Positions 55,327-64,000 of a stretch of DNA of 64,000 nucleotides are shown here, piece after piece (position 1 is the stretch's first letter; every line of letters begins with the position of its first letter). The position numbers were made by a program, and so were the translations under genes. The notes beneath the pieces are model-generated. The model worked only from the letters and a program-made list of their open reading frames with translations. It made no database searches and had not been told where the DNA came from. Source of the stretch: Polyangiaceae bacterium (GTDB lineage Bacteria; Myxococcota_A; Polyangia; Polyangiales; Polyangiaceae); assembly GCA_044222475.1 (NCBI GenBank), contig JBGANF010000009.1:32001-96000 (forward strand), in the 5' to 3' direction.

Positions 55327-56724
55327 TCAGAAGATTTTTCCCGGGTTGAGCGTGCCCTTCGGGTCGAGGACGCCCTTCATCGCGCGCATCAGGGCGATCT
55401 CCGCCGGGGTGCGTGTATAATGCAAGAAATCCTTCTTCAGGAGCCCGATGCCGTGCTCGGCCGAGATGCTCCCGCGGTGCTTCCTCACCAGGTCGAACAT
55501 CACGTCGTCGGCCGAGTGGGTCTCGGCGAGGAAGGCCGCGCGATCCATCGCGTCCGGCTTCATGACGTTGACGTGGAGGTTGCCGTCGCCGATGTGACCG
55601 AAGAGGCAGATCTCCCACCCGGGGTACCGCGCGGCGAACACGCCGTCGAGCTCGGCGCAGAACGCGGCGAGCGCGGCGATGGGGAGCGCGATGTCGTTCT
55701 TGTGGGGCGTACCGGTCGCCGAGAGGCTCTCGGAGATCCCCTCGCGTAGACCCCAGAGCTCGCTCGCCTCGCGCGCGTGCTGAGCCAGGACGCCGTCGGC
55801 GGCGAGCCCTCCCTCGAAGACGCCGGAGACGAACGACTCGAGCGCGGCGTCGTCGGCTTCGAGCTCGACGAGGACGTAGTGCGTGTGCTTCTCGGCGAAC
55901 GGATCGCGGAGCTTGCGGTGCACGAGGACGCGCTCGAGGCACGCGCGGGTGAAGAACTCGTACGCGGAGAGGACGAACCCGCTCGATCGCACGTGACGAA
56001 AGAGCGCCAGCACGCCGGCGAGGTCCGGAACGGCGAACACCATCACCCGCGCTTTTCCGGGGAGCGGACAGAGCTTGAGCGTCGCTTCGGTGACGACGCC
56101 GAGGATCCCCTCGCTGCCGATGAAGAGCTGGCGCAGATCGATTCCGGTGTTGTTCTTCTCGAGCCCACCGCCGAGCTCGAGGATGCTCCCGTCGGCGAGG
56201 ACGACCTCGAGACCGAGGACCCACTGCCGCGTGAGGCCGTAGCGGATGACCCGGACGCCGCCAGCGTTCGTCGCGATGTTGCCGCCCACGTGGCTCGATC
56301 CTTTCGACGCGAAGTCGACCGGCCACGTCAGACCGGAGGCGGCGCAGTGCGCGTGCACGGCTTCGGTGACCGCGCCTGCTTGCACGCGCACCGTCTGTCC
56401 GAGCTCGTCGACCGGGTCCATGCGTCGCATCTTCGCGAGCGACAGCACGAGCTCTCCGTCCTTCGCGACCGCGCCACCGGCGAGACCCGTCCGCCCGCCC
56501 GATGGCACCACCGCGAGACCGCGCTCGTTCGCGAACCGCAGCGTCGTCGCCACGTCTTTCGTGGACTTCGGAAAGACGATCGCTGTGGGGAGAGGTACGA
56601 GCCCGCTCGCCTTGGCGCTCCAGTCCTTGCCGTATTCGGCGAGGTCTCCGGCGTCGATCGTGACGGCGTCGGCGCCGAGAAGACCCCTCAATTCTTCGAG
56701 CGATTCCGCGGAAGGACGTGCCAT
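55327..56724 (-). CDS. FAD-linked oxidase (D-2-hydroxyglutarate/D-lactate dehydrogenase family)
   Basis: PSGGRTGLAGGA, VDFASKGSSHVGGNIATNAGG, GSEGILG, GHIGDGNLH, SAEHGIG, NPGKIF. Confidence 0.9.
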   Translation of the reverse strand: MARPSAESLEELRGLLGADAVTIDAGDLAEYGKDWSAKASGLVPLPTAIVFPKSTKDVATTLRFANERGLAVVPSGGRTGLAGGAVAKDGELVLSLAKMRRMDPVDELGQTVRVQAGAVTEAVHAHCAASGLTWPVDFASKGSSHVGGNIATNAGGVRVIRYGLTRQWVLGLEVVLADGSILELGGGLEKNNTGIDLRQLFIGSEGILGVVTEATLKLCPLPGKARVMVFAVPDLAGVLALFRHVRSSGFVLSAYEFFTRACLERVLVHRKLRDPFAEKHTHYVLVELEADDAALESFVSGVFEGGLAADGVLAQHAREASELWGLREGISESLSATGTPHKNDIALPIAALAAFCAELDGVFAARYPGWEICLFGHIGDGNLHVNVMKPDAMDRAAFLAETHSADDVMFDLVRKHRGSISAEHGIGLLKKDFLHYTRTPAEIALMRAMKGVLDPKGTLNPGKIF

Positions 56725-56769
56725 CGAACGCGCAACTTGCCCGGCTTCGTGATACCTCTCAAGCGAAGA

Positions 56770-59352
56770 ATGGCGCACGAGGACGCAGCCGCCTGGGCTG
56801 TGGGTCGCTACACGATCCACGGCGAGCTCGCTTCGGGCGGGATGGCGACGGTGCACATCGGGCGGATGGGCGGTGACGCGGGCTTCAACAAGCTCGTCGC
56901 CGTCAAGCGGATGCACCCGCAATTCGCCAAAGATCCCGACTTCTTGGCGATGTTCCTCGACGAGGCGCGCCTCGCCGCGCGCATCCGCCACCCGAACGTC
57001 GTGCAGCCGGTCGACGTCATCGTGGAGGGCAACGAAGTCCTCCTCGTCATGGAGTACGTCCACGGCGAGGCGCTCTCTCGCATCAACCGCACGCTGCGTG
57101 GTCGAAATGAGCGGATCCCCCTGCGGATCGCCGTGTCGATCATGGCGGGCGTCCTTCACGGGCTCCACGCTGCGCACGAGGCGAAGAGCGAGCGCGGGGA
57201 ACCGCTCGGCATCGTCCACCGCGACATGTCCCCGCAGAACATCATCGTCGGGACCGACGGCGTCGCGCGCGTGCTCGACTTCGGCATCGCGAAAGCCGCC
57301 GACCAAGTCCACATGACGCGCGAGGGCGAGCTCAAAGGGAAGCTCGTCTACATGGCGCCCGAGCAGATCCTCGGTGAGCCGGTCACGCGACGCAGCGACA
57401 TCTTTTCGACGTCCGTCGTGCTGTGGGAGGAGCTCACCGGCACGCGTCTGTTCGAGAGCGAGTCGGCGTCGCCGCTCGCGTCGCGCATGAAACAGCAGAA
57501 GATCGATCGGCCGAGCGACTACGCGCCCGAGGTGCCGAGCGTCCTCGACGAGGTGGTGCTGAAGGGTCTCGCGCTGGCGCCCGAGGCTCGCTGGGCCACC
57601 GCGCGCGACATGGCGCTCGCGCTCGAAGAGGCCGTCTCTCCGGCGACGCATACCCAAGTCGCGGCGTGGGTCGAAGAGGTCGCAGCCAAGGCGCTCGCGG
57701 AGCGCTCGGCGCGCATCGCCGCGATCGAGGCCGAAGGCGCCGACACGTCGCAGAACATCCGGAAGCTCGCCGAGGACATCGCGTCCGATCGCTTGATGAC
57801 GCGCGACGTGATCTCCTCTCGCACCTCGCCGGGCAAGGGCGGAACCGGGAGCGGCATTCGGCCGCTCCTCCCGTCGCGCTCGGGCGACCGTCCCTCGCAG
57901 ACCGGGCGAACGCCCGCGCCCGCCACACCGCGGTCGGCGAGCCGATCGAATCCGCCACCACCGCCGAGCGGTGGCCCGATGCCACCGCCGCCCCCGCCTG
58001 CCGCCGACCGCGTGTCCCGACCACCCGATCTGCGACCCGCGGACCTGCCGCCTCCGTCGTACAAGATGCCCATCGCCGTGTCCGAGCGCGACGCGTTCTA
58101 CGTGCCGCCCGCGGGCTCGGAGCAAGGGCCCATGGCGCCGCCCCCGACGCTCGCCGCGCCGCCGATCCCGACGACGCTCGCCGCACCGGCAAAGACGACC
58201 GTGCACAAGGTCCCCGCGCGGGGCCGGGGCGCGTGGCTGTTCGCCCTGTTCGGGATCGTGATCATCGCGCTCATCGTGTCGGCGCCGTTCCTCGCGAAGC
58301 GGAACCTGCAGCAGACGCTCCAGGCCGAGGGCATCCACGCCGAGCTCGACGAGGTCGACCTCTTGTCCCAGCTCGGGTCGATGCGCCTCGTCGGCGCGAC
58401 GTTCACGTCGCCGGACGTGCCCGGCGTCTCGGTGCACTCGAAGGAGGTCATCGTCGAGCTGAACAACGACCTCAGCCCGACGTCGATCACCTTCCGCGAT
58501 GCAGACGTGACGATCGACGCGTCCTACCCGTCGCTGCTCGACTCACTCGACGCGTGGTCGAAGAAGCACGCGACGACGACGCCCTCGGGCTTCCCGGAGA
58601 CGATGACTCACCTCCGGGTGGAGTCGGCCCACGTCAAGTGGTCGCAGATCTCCGGCGCCGGCACCGTCCTCGAAGCGAAGAGCCTGGTGCTCGACGTCCC
58701 GCGAAGCCAAGGACGACCGCTCGGCGCCGACTTCATCATGAACCCGACGTCCCTCAACGTCACCGCGTGGGGCGTGACCGCAGGACCCTGGCTGCTCGAC
58801 GTCAAGCGCGACGGCAAGACGCTGAAGGCGCACCTCGCGTTCGATCAGACGCAGCCGATGACGTACCTGATGGACGTGACCTCGGACGACGCGAGCACCA
58901 CGGTCGACCTGCGGATCCCGAAGGCCAAGCCGAGCGAGCTCGGGCTCAAACCGGAGTCCTTCGGCGGCGCCGCCGCGGATCCGGTGATCGTCGACAGCAC
59001 CATTCACGCCGTCGTCACCAAGGACAAGCTCGACGCGAACGGGAGCATCGCGGTGGAGGCTCTGCGGGCCCCGAACGGCCCGCCGGCTGGGTTCCTGCTC
59101 GACGGGAGCTTGAGCGGACCGCGCACCGGGACGGAGCTCCTCGGTGGGCACGTCAACTTCGGCGCCGGAACGTTCCCGGCGACCGCCAAGGTGACCGTCA
59201 CCGCCGACGCGATCTCCGTCAAGCTGACCGTTCCGCTCGCGATCAAGTGCGACGGTGGCTCTCCACCCGCGACCTTGACCGTCTCCGTGGACACGAGAAA
59301 CCTCGGCGCGGCCACCGCGGATTTCGCGCCGCGCGCCTGCGTACGGAAGTGA
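56770..59352 (+). CDS. Ser/Thr protein kinase with Pro-rich linker, TM helix and large beta-rich periplasmic domain
   Basis: LASGGMATV, VAVK, HRDMSPQN, DFGIAK, YMAPE. Confidence 0.9.
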   Translation: MAHEDAAAWAVGRYTIHGELASGGMATVHIGRMGGDAGFNKLVAVKRMHPQFAKDPDFLAMFLDEARLAARIRHPNVVQPVDVIVEGNEVLLVMEYVHGEALSRINRTLRGRNERIPLRIAVSIMAGVLHGLHAAHEAKSERGEPLGIVHRDMSPQNIIVGTDGVARVLDFGIAKAADQVHMTREGELKGKLVYMAPEQILGEPVTRRSDIFSTSVVLWEELTGTRLFESESASPLASRMKQQKIDRPSDYAPEVPSVLDEVVLKGLALAPEARWATARDMALALEEAVSPATHTQVAAWVEEVAAKALAERSARIAAIEAEGADTSQNIRKLAEDIASDRLMTRDVISSRTSPGKGGTGSGIRPLLPSRSGDRPSQTGRTPAPATPRSASRSNPPPPPSGGPMPPPPPPAADRVSRPPDLRPADLPPPSYKMPIAVSERDAFYVPPAGSEQGPMAPPPTLAAPPIPTTLAAPAKTTVHKVPARGRGAWLFALFGIVIIALIVSAPFLAKRNLQQTLQAEGIHAELDEVDLLSQLGSMRLVGATFTSPDVPGVSVHSKEVIVELNNDLSPTSITFRDADVTIDASYPSLLDSLDAWSKKHATTTPSGFPETMTHLRVESAHVKWSQISGAGTVLEAKSLVLDVPRSQGRPLGADFIMNPTSLNVTAWGVTAGPWLLDVKRDGKTLKAHLAFDQTQPMTYLMDVTSDDASTTVDLRIPKAKPSELGLKPESFGGAAADPVIVDSTIHAVVTKDKLDANGSIAVEALRAPNGPPAGFLLDGSLSGPRTGTELLGGHVNFGAGTFPATAKVTVTADAISVKLTVPLAIKCDGGSPPATLTVSVDTRNLGAATADFAPRACVRK

Positions 59353-60284
59353 TGGGACTCGCACCGGGCCAGCTCCTCGGGAAACGGTTCACCCTCGGCT
59401 CGCTGCTCGCGCGCGGAGCCATGGGCGAAGTCTGGTCGGCCCAAGACCGCGACACCGGAGCCGAGGTCGCGGTCAAGACGCTGCGAGACTCCGCGCTGTC
59501 GATGCCCAACGTGACGCAGCGGTTCGAGCGCGAGGCCGACGTCCTCTCGAGGATCAAGAACCCGCACGTCGCGGAGCTCGTGGCGACGGTCCAGACCGAC
59601 GGGCGGCTGCACATCGTGATCGAGCGGCTCGTCGGCGAAACGCTGGAGGAGCGACTTCGCCGACTCCGCGTGATGACACTCCACGAACTTCGTCCCATTT
59701 TGGTACAAGTGCTGGTCGGCCTCGCCGCCGCTCACGCAGCGGGCGTCATCCACCGCGACCTCAAGCCCGAGAACGTGTTCCTCGTCGTCAAGGGCGGCCG
59801 CGAGACCGCCAAGGTCATCGACTTCGGCGTATCCCGCGCCGCGAGCGACGACGAGCACGAAGGGCTGACGACGGAGGGCGCGACCCTCGGCTCGCTCGGC
59901 TACGTCGCGCCCGAGCAGCTCGCCAACCCGTCGACGGTGGACGCCCGCGCCGACGTCTACGCCGTCGGCGCGATCGCGTTCCGCGCGCTCACCGGCGCCC
60001 TCCCCTTCCCCGAGAAGACCGGGCTCGGTCTGGTGCAGCTCAAGCGCGACTTCGAGGCGCCCACGCTCGACGAGGCCACCGGTAGCCCTTGGCCGGAGGA
60101 CGTGAAGCAGTTCGTCGCGCGTTGCCTCGCGCGCGACCGGCAGGCGCGGTACGCCTCGGCCGACGAGACGCGCACCGCGCTCCAGACCCTCGGCCAAGTG
60201 CAGATCAACCTGCCGCGACCCGTGGGGTTCGACGCCGAATCGACCTCCACCATGACGCACGCTCCGCGAAAGAAGAAGACCTGA
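59352..60284 (+). CDS. Cytoplasmic Ser/Thr protein kinase
   Basis: ARGAMGEVW, VAVK, HRDLKPEN, DFG, YVAPE; ATG overlaps the upstream stop. Confidence 0.9.
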   Translation: MGLAPGQLLGKRFTLGSLLARGAMGEVWSAQDRDTGAEVAVKTLRDSALSMPNVTQRFEREADVLSRIKNPHVAELVATVQTDGRLHIVIERLVGETLEERLRRLRVMTLHELRPILVQVLVGLAAAHAAGVIHRDLKPENVFLVVKGGRETAKVIDFGVSRAASDDEHEGLTTEGATLGSLGYVAPEQLANPSTVDARADVYAVGAIAFRALTGALPFPEKTGLGLVQLKRDFEAPTLDEATGSPWPEDVKQFVARCLARDRQARYASADETRTALQTLGQVQINLPRPVGFDAESTSTMTHAPRKKKT

Positions 60285-60285
60285 C

Positions 60286-61608
60286 ATGGCGACGACCGTC
60301 GCGACCACGAGACACCTCAACGTCCGCGGAGGAACGATCACCGCGGGAGGAACCCGCCTCGAGATCGGCGCGGAGCCGCTCGTCGTCGGCCGCGACGCCG
60401 CCTCGAACCTCGTCCTCTCCGATCCTCGGGTGAGCGCGCTCCACGCCGAGCTGCTCGCGACGCCGCGCGGCGTTCGCGTGCGCGACCTCGGCAGCAAGAA
60501 CGGCGTCTGGGTCGAGTCCGTTCGGTTGACGGAGGGCTACCTCACCGAGCCCACGACGATCTTCATCGGGCCGATCGAGGTCGAGTTCGAGCCCGCCCAA
60601 GGCACCGAGCGGTTCACCCTCGCCACGTCCGAGCGCTTCCACGGCCTGTACGGGCGGAGCCCGTCGATGCGCGAGCTCTTCGCCCGCCTCGAGCGCGCCG
60701 CGCAGACGAGCCTCACCGTGCTCATCGAGGGCGAGACTGGCACCGGCAAGGAGCTCGTCGCGCAAGCGGTCCACGCCGCGAGCGCGCAGCGCAAGGGACC
60801 GTTCGTAGTCGTCGACTGCGGCGCCATCCCCGAGAACCTCGCCGAGGCCGCCCTCTTCGGTCACGCGCGCGGCGCGTTCACCGGCGCCACCGCCGATCGC
60901 GAGTCGCCGTTCGTCGAGGCGAACGGCGGGACGATCTTCCTGGACGAGCTCGGCGAGCTCCCGATCGATCTCCAGCCCAAGCTGCTCCGCGCGCTCGCCG
61001 AACGCCGCGTGAAGGCGGTCGGCGCGAAAGACTACGTCCCGTTCGATGCGCGCATCGTCGCGGCGACGCGCCGCGACCTGTCGCGCGCGGTGAACGAGGG
61101 CTCGTTCCGCAGCGACCTCTACTTCCGCGTCGCCCAGGTGCGCGTCACGACTCCACCGCTCCGCGAACGCAGCGAGGACGTCCCCGGCCTCGTGAAGGCG
61201 TTCCTCGAATCGAAGAAGCTCGCCGCCGTCTACCGGCGCATCACGCGCGAGTCGATGGCACGCCTCGTTCGCCACGACTGGCCCGGCAACGTGCGCGAGC
61301 TCCGCAACGTCGTCGAGGTGGCGGTCGCGCTCGCCGACGACGGTCCTATCGACATCGCGGCCCCGCTCGGCACCAGCGCCGGCGGGCTCGACCGCAGCGG
61401 CTCGATGATGGGCGACGACAAGAGCGTCGAGCTCGGCTACCACGACGCCAAACGAACCGCGCTCGACCGCTTCGAGAAGGCGTATTTCGCCGAGCTCCTC
61501 GAGCGCGCGGGCGGCAACATCGCGGAGATCTCCCGCCGTGCCGGCCTCCAGCGAACGCACGTGCGCAAGTACCTCGTCGCCCATGGCCTTTGGCGGAAGG
61601 GCGGATGA
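60286..61608 (+). CDS. FHA-domain sigma54-dependent enhancer-binding protein
   Basis: FHA motifs VGR..VSALHA..DLGSKNG; AAA+ motifs GETGTGKE, GAFTGA, FLDE, WPGNVREL; C-terminal Fis-like HTH. Confidence 0.93.
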   Translation: MATTVATTRHLNVRGGTITAGGTRLEIGAEPLVVGRDAASNLVLSDPRVSALHAELLATPRGVRVRDLGSKNGVWVESVRLTEGYLTEPTTIFIGPIEVEFEPAQGTERFTLATSERFHGLYGRSPSMRELFARLERAAQTSLTVLIEGETGTGKELVAQAVHAASAQRKGPFVVVDCGAIPENLAEAALFGHARGAFTGATADRESPFVEANGGTIFLDELGELPIDLQPKLLRALAERRVKAVGAKDYVPFDARIVAATRRDLSRAVNEGSFRSDLYFRVAQVRVTTPPLRERSEDVPGLVKAFLESKKLAAVYRRITRESMARLVRHDWPGNVRELRNVVEVAVALADDGPIDIAAPLGTSAGGLDRSGSMMGDDKSVELGYHDAKRTALDRFEKAYFAELLERAGGNIAEISRRAGLQRTHVRKYLVAHGLWRKGG

Positions 61609-62474
61609 GGCCAGTCGTCCTTCTCCTCTTCGCGGCGCCGGCGGCGGTCGCGGTCGGATGCGGGCTCACGCGCGCAGGGATCCTCATCGACGACGGCTTC
61701 GTCGACGGCGGGCCCGACGCCAGCGACGAGACCACGGTCCTCCCCGATGGCGCGCCCGACCCAGACGGCGGCGCCGACGCCGGCCCCGACGGGCCGTGCC
61801 CAGTCGGGCTGGCTGGTCCCAAAATGGTACCGGCAGCCGATTTCTGCATCGACTCGACCGAGGTGACGAAGGCGCACTACGCGAAGTTCCTCGCCGCCCT
61901 CGGCGACGGCGGCCTCGACGGCGGCGTGAAGGCGCCCCCCGAGTGCGACTACAAGAAGGCCGCGAGCGATCTCGTCCCCGGGAGCTGGGACCCGACGACG
62001 AACCCGCAGCGACCAGTCACCAAGGTCGACTGGTGCGACGCCGCGATCTTCTGCCGGTGGGCCAAGAAGCGCCTCTGCGGAAAGCGGGGCGGCGGCGCAT
62101 TGAGCGACAAGGATCTCCCCAACGACGCGACCAAGCATCAGTGGTACGCCGCGTGCTCGCAGGAGGGGCTCCGCACCTGGTGCTACGGCGCGAACTGGAA
62201 CGCGAAGACGTGCCGGAGCGACGACAACGGCCAGAAAGCGACCGACGTCGCGACGTATCCGGGCTGCGTGGGCGGATACCCCGGCCTCTTCGACATGACC
62301 GGCAACGTCGCCGAGTGGATCGACCAGTGCACCGGGCCGGCATCGAACGACCAGTGCAGCATCCAGGGTGGCGACTACGGCTCGAACGACACCGCGTCCC
62401 AATGCGACGGTGTCGACACCCGCGATCGCGACACGATGACGGAAGACTGGGTCGGCTTCCGCTGCTGCAACTGA
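61605..62474 (+). CDS. FGE/SUMF1-domain lipoprotein
   Basis: Lipobox AVGC; IDSTEVT, PVTKVDWCDA..FC.WAKKRLC, DMTGNVAEW, GFRCC. Confidence 0.85.
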   Translation: MRPVVLLLFAAPAAVAVGCGLTRAGILIDDGFVDGGPDASDETTVLPDGAPDPDGGADAGPDGPCPVGLAGPKMVPAADFCIDSTEVTKAHYAKFLAALGDGGLDGGVKAPPECDYKKAASDLVPGSWDPTTNPQRPVTKVDWCDAAIFCRWAKKRLCGKRGGGALSDKDLPNDATKHQWYAACSQEGLRTWCYGANWNAKTCRSDDNGQKATDVATYPGCVGGYPGLFDMTGNVAEWIDQCTGPASNDQCSIQGGDYGSNDTASQCDGVDTRDRDTMTEDWVGFRCCN

Positions 62475-64000
62475 TCAGCTCTTGGCGAACCGCTTCGGGA
62501 ACGCGCCGAGCAGCGTGAACACCGCCTTGATCTTGTCGAAGACGCCGGTGGTGCCGCTGCGAATCTTGGCGAGCGAGAGCGCGATCGTGCGGAGCGCGGG
62601 GGTGTACGGGTACCACCACATCTCGCGCTTGGCGCCGCTTCGATCCGAGAGGACGAAGCGCGGTCGGGTCAGCGCGTCGAGAGCGAGCGGCGAGTTGGTG
62701 ATCCCGTAGCCGGTCTCCCCGAAGCCGCTCCAGGGCGCCGCCGGGAGCGCGCCGGTGAACGCGTGGTTGTTGATCGTGACGACGCCGGCGCGAATGTCGC
62801 GCGCGAGCTCCTCCGCCTTGTCGACGTCCTTCGACCAGATGCTCGCGGTGAGGCCGTAGCGGGACGCGTTCGCGAGCTCGATCGCCTCGGCCGCGTCGTC
62901 GACGACGCGGATCGGGAGAACCGGTCCGAAGGTCTCGTCCTGCATCAGGGCGACGTCGTCCTTCTCGAGGCGGATCACGGTCGGTGCGTAGGCGTAGCCC
63001 TTCTCGCCCTTCTTGCCGCCGGTGAGGATCTCTGCGCCGGCCTCCTTCGCGCCGTCGACGTGGTCACTGACGATGGTGCGCTGCGCTTCCGTCGCGAGCG
63101 GCCCGACCTCGCCCTCGCCGATCGCCTTCGCGGTCTCGACGACCTTCTTGATGAACGCGTCGGCGATCGCCTTCACGACGTACACGCGCTCGACCGATGC
63201 GCAGTTCTGCCCGGCGTTGGTGAACGCGCCCCACACGATGCCGTTGGCGGCGCGCTCGAGGTTCGCGTCCTCGAGCACGATGGCTGCGTCCTTCCCGCCG
63301 AGCTCCACCGAGCAGGGGATGAGACGCTCGGCGCAGGCGAGCGCGACGCGCTTCCCGGTTCGGACGCTGCCGGTGAAGACGACGAGGTCCACGTCGGCCG
63401 CACACAGCGCCGCGCCGACGTCGCCGCCGCCTTGCACGAGCTGGAACACGCCTTCGGGCACGAGCCCGTCGAAGAGCTCGGCGACGAGCGCTCCGCAGCG
63501 CGCAGACACCTCGCTCGGCTTGAACAGCACCGCGTTGCCGGCGAGCAGCGCGGGCACGAGCGAGCGCAGCGGGAGCGCGACCGGGTAGTTCCACGGCATG
63601 ATCACGGCGACGACTCCGCGGGCTTCGCGGTGGATGACGCCGCTCTTGCTCGCGTACGTGAGCGGGTCGAGATCGACGTCGACCGGCTCCATGTGCTCGG
63701 CGATCGACGTCGTCCAGTACGTCACGACGTCGGCGGAGGGGAGGACCTCGGAGAGGAGGCTCTCCGCGAAGGGTTTGCCGACCTCCTTCTCGCACGTCTT
63801 CGCGATCTTCTCGGCGCGATCCAGGATTCGGTCCTTGAGCGGCGCGAGCTTCTCGGCGCGCTCTTCCGGCGTGAGGCGCGACCAAGCACGTTGCGCCGCG
63901 CGCGCAGCCTTCGCGAGGTCGGCGATGTCGTCCGGTGACGTCGCCTTCATGGCTTCGAGCTTGGACCCGTCGAGCGGGCTCACGAGGGCGAACGGTGATT
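62475..64000 (-). CDS. Aldehyde dehydrogenase (5' end probably outside window)
   Basis: PWNYP, KPSE, FTGS, ELGGKD, GQNC, ETFGP. Confidence 0.93.
   Translation of the reverse strand, partial: SPFALVSPLDGSKLEAMKATSPDDIADLAKAARAAQRAWSRLTPEERAEKLAPLKDRILDRAEKIAKTCEKEVGKPFAESLLSEVLPSADVVTYWTTSIAEHMEPVDVDLDPLTYASKSGVIHREARGVVAVIMPWNYPVALPLRSLVPALLAGNAVLFKPSEVSARCGALVAELFDGLVPEGVFQLVQGGGDVGAALCAADVDLVVFTGSVRTGKRVALACAERLIPCSVELGGKDAAIVLEDANLERAANGIVWGAFTNAGQNCASVERVYVVKAIADAFIKKVVETAKAIGEGEVGPLATEAQRTIVSDHVDGAKEAGAEILTGGKKGEKGYAYAPTVIRLEKDDVALMQDETFGPVLPIRVVDDAAEAIELANASRYGLTASIWSKDVDKAEELARDIRAGVVTINNHAFTGALPAAPWSGFGETGYGITNSPLALDALTRPRFVLSDRSGAKREMWWYPYTPALRTIALSLAKIRSGTTGVFDKIKAVFTLLGAFPKRFAKS

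Noticed and set aside
1..64000. Numerous long Arg/Ala/Pro-rich ORFs in the six-frame track (e.g. 3861-7001 +, 11417-15040 +) and long N-terminal extensions on real genes
   Set aside because: Shadow ORFs expected at high GC. They overlap motif-bearing genes in other frames and have no recognisable motifs; starts were trimmed accordingly.

Overview
High-GC bacterial window (about 70% GC by eye) with about 63 tightly packed CDS. The gene content (several Ser/Thr kinases, an FHA-sigma54 activator, an FGE-domain lipoprotein, many Cys-rich lipoproteins) suggests Myxococcota, probably Polyangiaceae-like; this is inference. I saw no rRNA, tRNA, CRISPR array or intact transposase. The top candidate for an undescribed system is a lasso-peptide-type RiPP locus at 16386-22278. 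It has a 59-aa precursor hidden inside a longer shadow ORF (leader YEKPRL...T-L, core GGAGSGNDGGPPGMSMMCL, Asp8), a lasso cyclase, a PqqD/RRE protein, an HprK-like kinase and an adjacent ABC transporter. It also has a PRMT-fold methyltransferase with altered Arg-binding motifs and an RRE-like tail, and no B2 leader peptidase. Other highlights: a divergent PurA + vWA + Zn-ribbon pseudokinase operon; a RoxA-like diheme protein with TetR-type operators; a 325-bp foldback MITE-like element; tandem 8-Cys lipoproteins; a sigma54 promoter with a candidate enhancer; a 23-bp duplication that frameshifts a gene; and TANNNT boxes 6-9 nt upstream of 16 start codons, suggesting leaderless mRNAs. All product calls come from motif recognition by eye, without database searches.
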